Shown piece after piece: positions 62,722-64,000 of a stretch of 64,000 bases of DNA. The first letter of the stretch is position 1. Every line of letters starts with the position of its first letter. The stretch is from Pocillopora damicornis (Eukaryota), in assembly GCF_003704095.1 (NCBI RefSeq), contig NW_020846706.1:124001-188000 (forward strand). The letters run 5' to 3'. The position numbers were made by a program, and so were the translations under genes. The notes beneath the pieces are model-generated. The model saw only the letters and a program-made list of their open reading frames with translations, was not told the origin of the DNA and did no database searches.

Positions 62722-64000
62722 TAGCATACACATTTCTGAGCTTCATTACAAATGACAGCAATGACAGCTTGTCTGTGACAACTCACTTACAAGTACAGGT
62801 TACTTACAAACGACCAAAAAAATCGTTTTTCTCAGGTACTGGGAAAACCGTAACAGGAGTACACATCGCCTACTGGTTCGCGGAACAAAACAAGACGAAA
62901 AAGTCTTTGAAGCTGTTGAAAAAAGAGACAAGTGAAACTGAATGTGATGGAGCACACAAATCACCGCCTCAAGTTATTTATTGTGGACCGTCTAACAAGT
63001 CTGTGGACGTGGTTACAGGTGGGCTATGATAGGAAAAAAAGTCAGGACTTCTGTTTCATACGAAATCAAATCGCGGTATGGGACTCCATGAGGTTCCGCG
63101 GTAATTATCCACCGAAGGACAATGCATTCCAATAGAAAATGCTCTAAGCTAGCTTGATGTTGGTAGCTGTCGAATTTGATTGTAACATCATTTAATTTTA
63201 TCAACTAGGAATATACTCACATAAAAAAGCTAACCTCGCGTTCAAGTTTGTTGGCATACTTGGAATAAAGTATTTAGCATGCGAAAAATCGGAACAGATA
63301 TTGGCTGTTTTGGAAATAGTATTTTGTGTAGCCGCCTTGTTAGATCGCGTTTCCCGGTCTTTCACAATTGCTTCTCTTTTGCGCACGACCTCCCTAGGAT
63401 TCTTGCTCACAAAAGAGGTATTACATAATGGTGATGATTGTGGTAACGATATTACGTCATACGGTTCAAAGTGTCGCCCAGCGGGAATTTTTTAATCGTT
63501 TAACGATAACTTATTTCGAAAGTGTAAAAATGCAGCTGTCCTCTATCATTCAATTTTGATTTGGCCGTGCAAAGCTTGAGTAATAAGTACACCGTTTATT
63601 TAATCTAAAATATATTCCGCACAAATCTCAACAGTTGACATAAACTTTCATCTTCCAACCTTAGAGCTCCTTTTGAAAATGCCAGATTTAAAAGTTCTCA
63701 GAGTATACAGTGATCAAATTGAGCAGAAAGAGTTTCCAATTCCAAACAAGTTGAAGCCAGCTCGAACAACGAGGAGTGATGACGAACTGAAAATCTCCAG
63801 TGATCAAATAAGGTCTGTATCCCTTCATCACGTGATTAGAGGTCCTGAATGCCCTCATTCGGAAGAGCTAAGGAAATATGAAGAAGGGTTCGCTCAGTGT
63901 AAAGCGATGAAGGAAACTATAGGCCAAAAGGAAGTCGCCGATTACCGCAAGGTGAGAGATTTTTGAACGGTTTGACTTAGTGCTTCGATGCGAGAATAAA
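62722..64000 (+). CDS. Partial second HELZ2-like copy in inverted orientation; exons 62836-63018 and 63665-63951
   Basis: Reverse-complement match to ~57416-56165 including introns; GTGKTVTGVHIAYWF...CGPSNKSVDVV and LKVLRVYS... with amino-acid substitutions. Confidence 0.85.

Noticed and set aside
1-64000. Prokaryotic operon, tRNA, rRNA or CRISPR features
   Set aside because: None seen; spliceosomal introns and LINEs show animal nuclear DNA.

Overview
AT-rich, intron-containing animal DNA with several ~100-N scaffold gaps, most likely a stony coral (a SCRiP gene plus Penelope, CR1 and RTE remnants point that way). From left to right: (1) a duplicated segment across a gap, an RTE LINE fragment and a decayed F5/8C-LamG-EGF-REJ extracellular gene (4-6.8 kb); (2) a 3-exon gene for a secreted SCRiP precursor with two tandem 8-Cys domains (11.0-12.3 kb); (3) a region of mosaic segmental duplications (13-37 kb) holding five same-strand, apparently intronless paralogues; (4) MRPS7, a tetraspanin and a HELZ2-like RNB plus SF1 helicase on the minus strand; (5) an inverted second HELZ2-like copy at the window end. 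The best candidate for an undescribed system is the five-gene array. Each protein is a long coiled coil, a Pro-rich hinge and a conserved ~115-aa helical C-terminal domain with an invariant R-N-x-x-A-H-P, the HEPN ribonuclease RxxxxH signature. The array also shows 35-residue stalk expansions, a deleted-copy scar and ISRE/GAS-like upstream motifs, and it lies near an antiviral-type helicase-nuclease. All family calls are by eye; no database searches were run.
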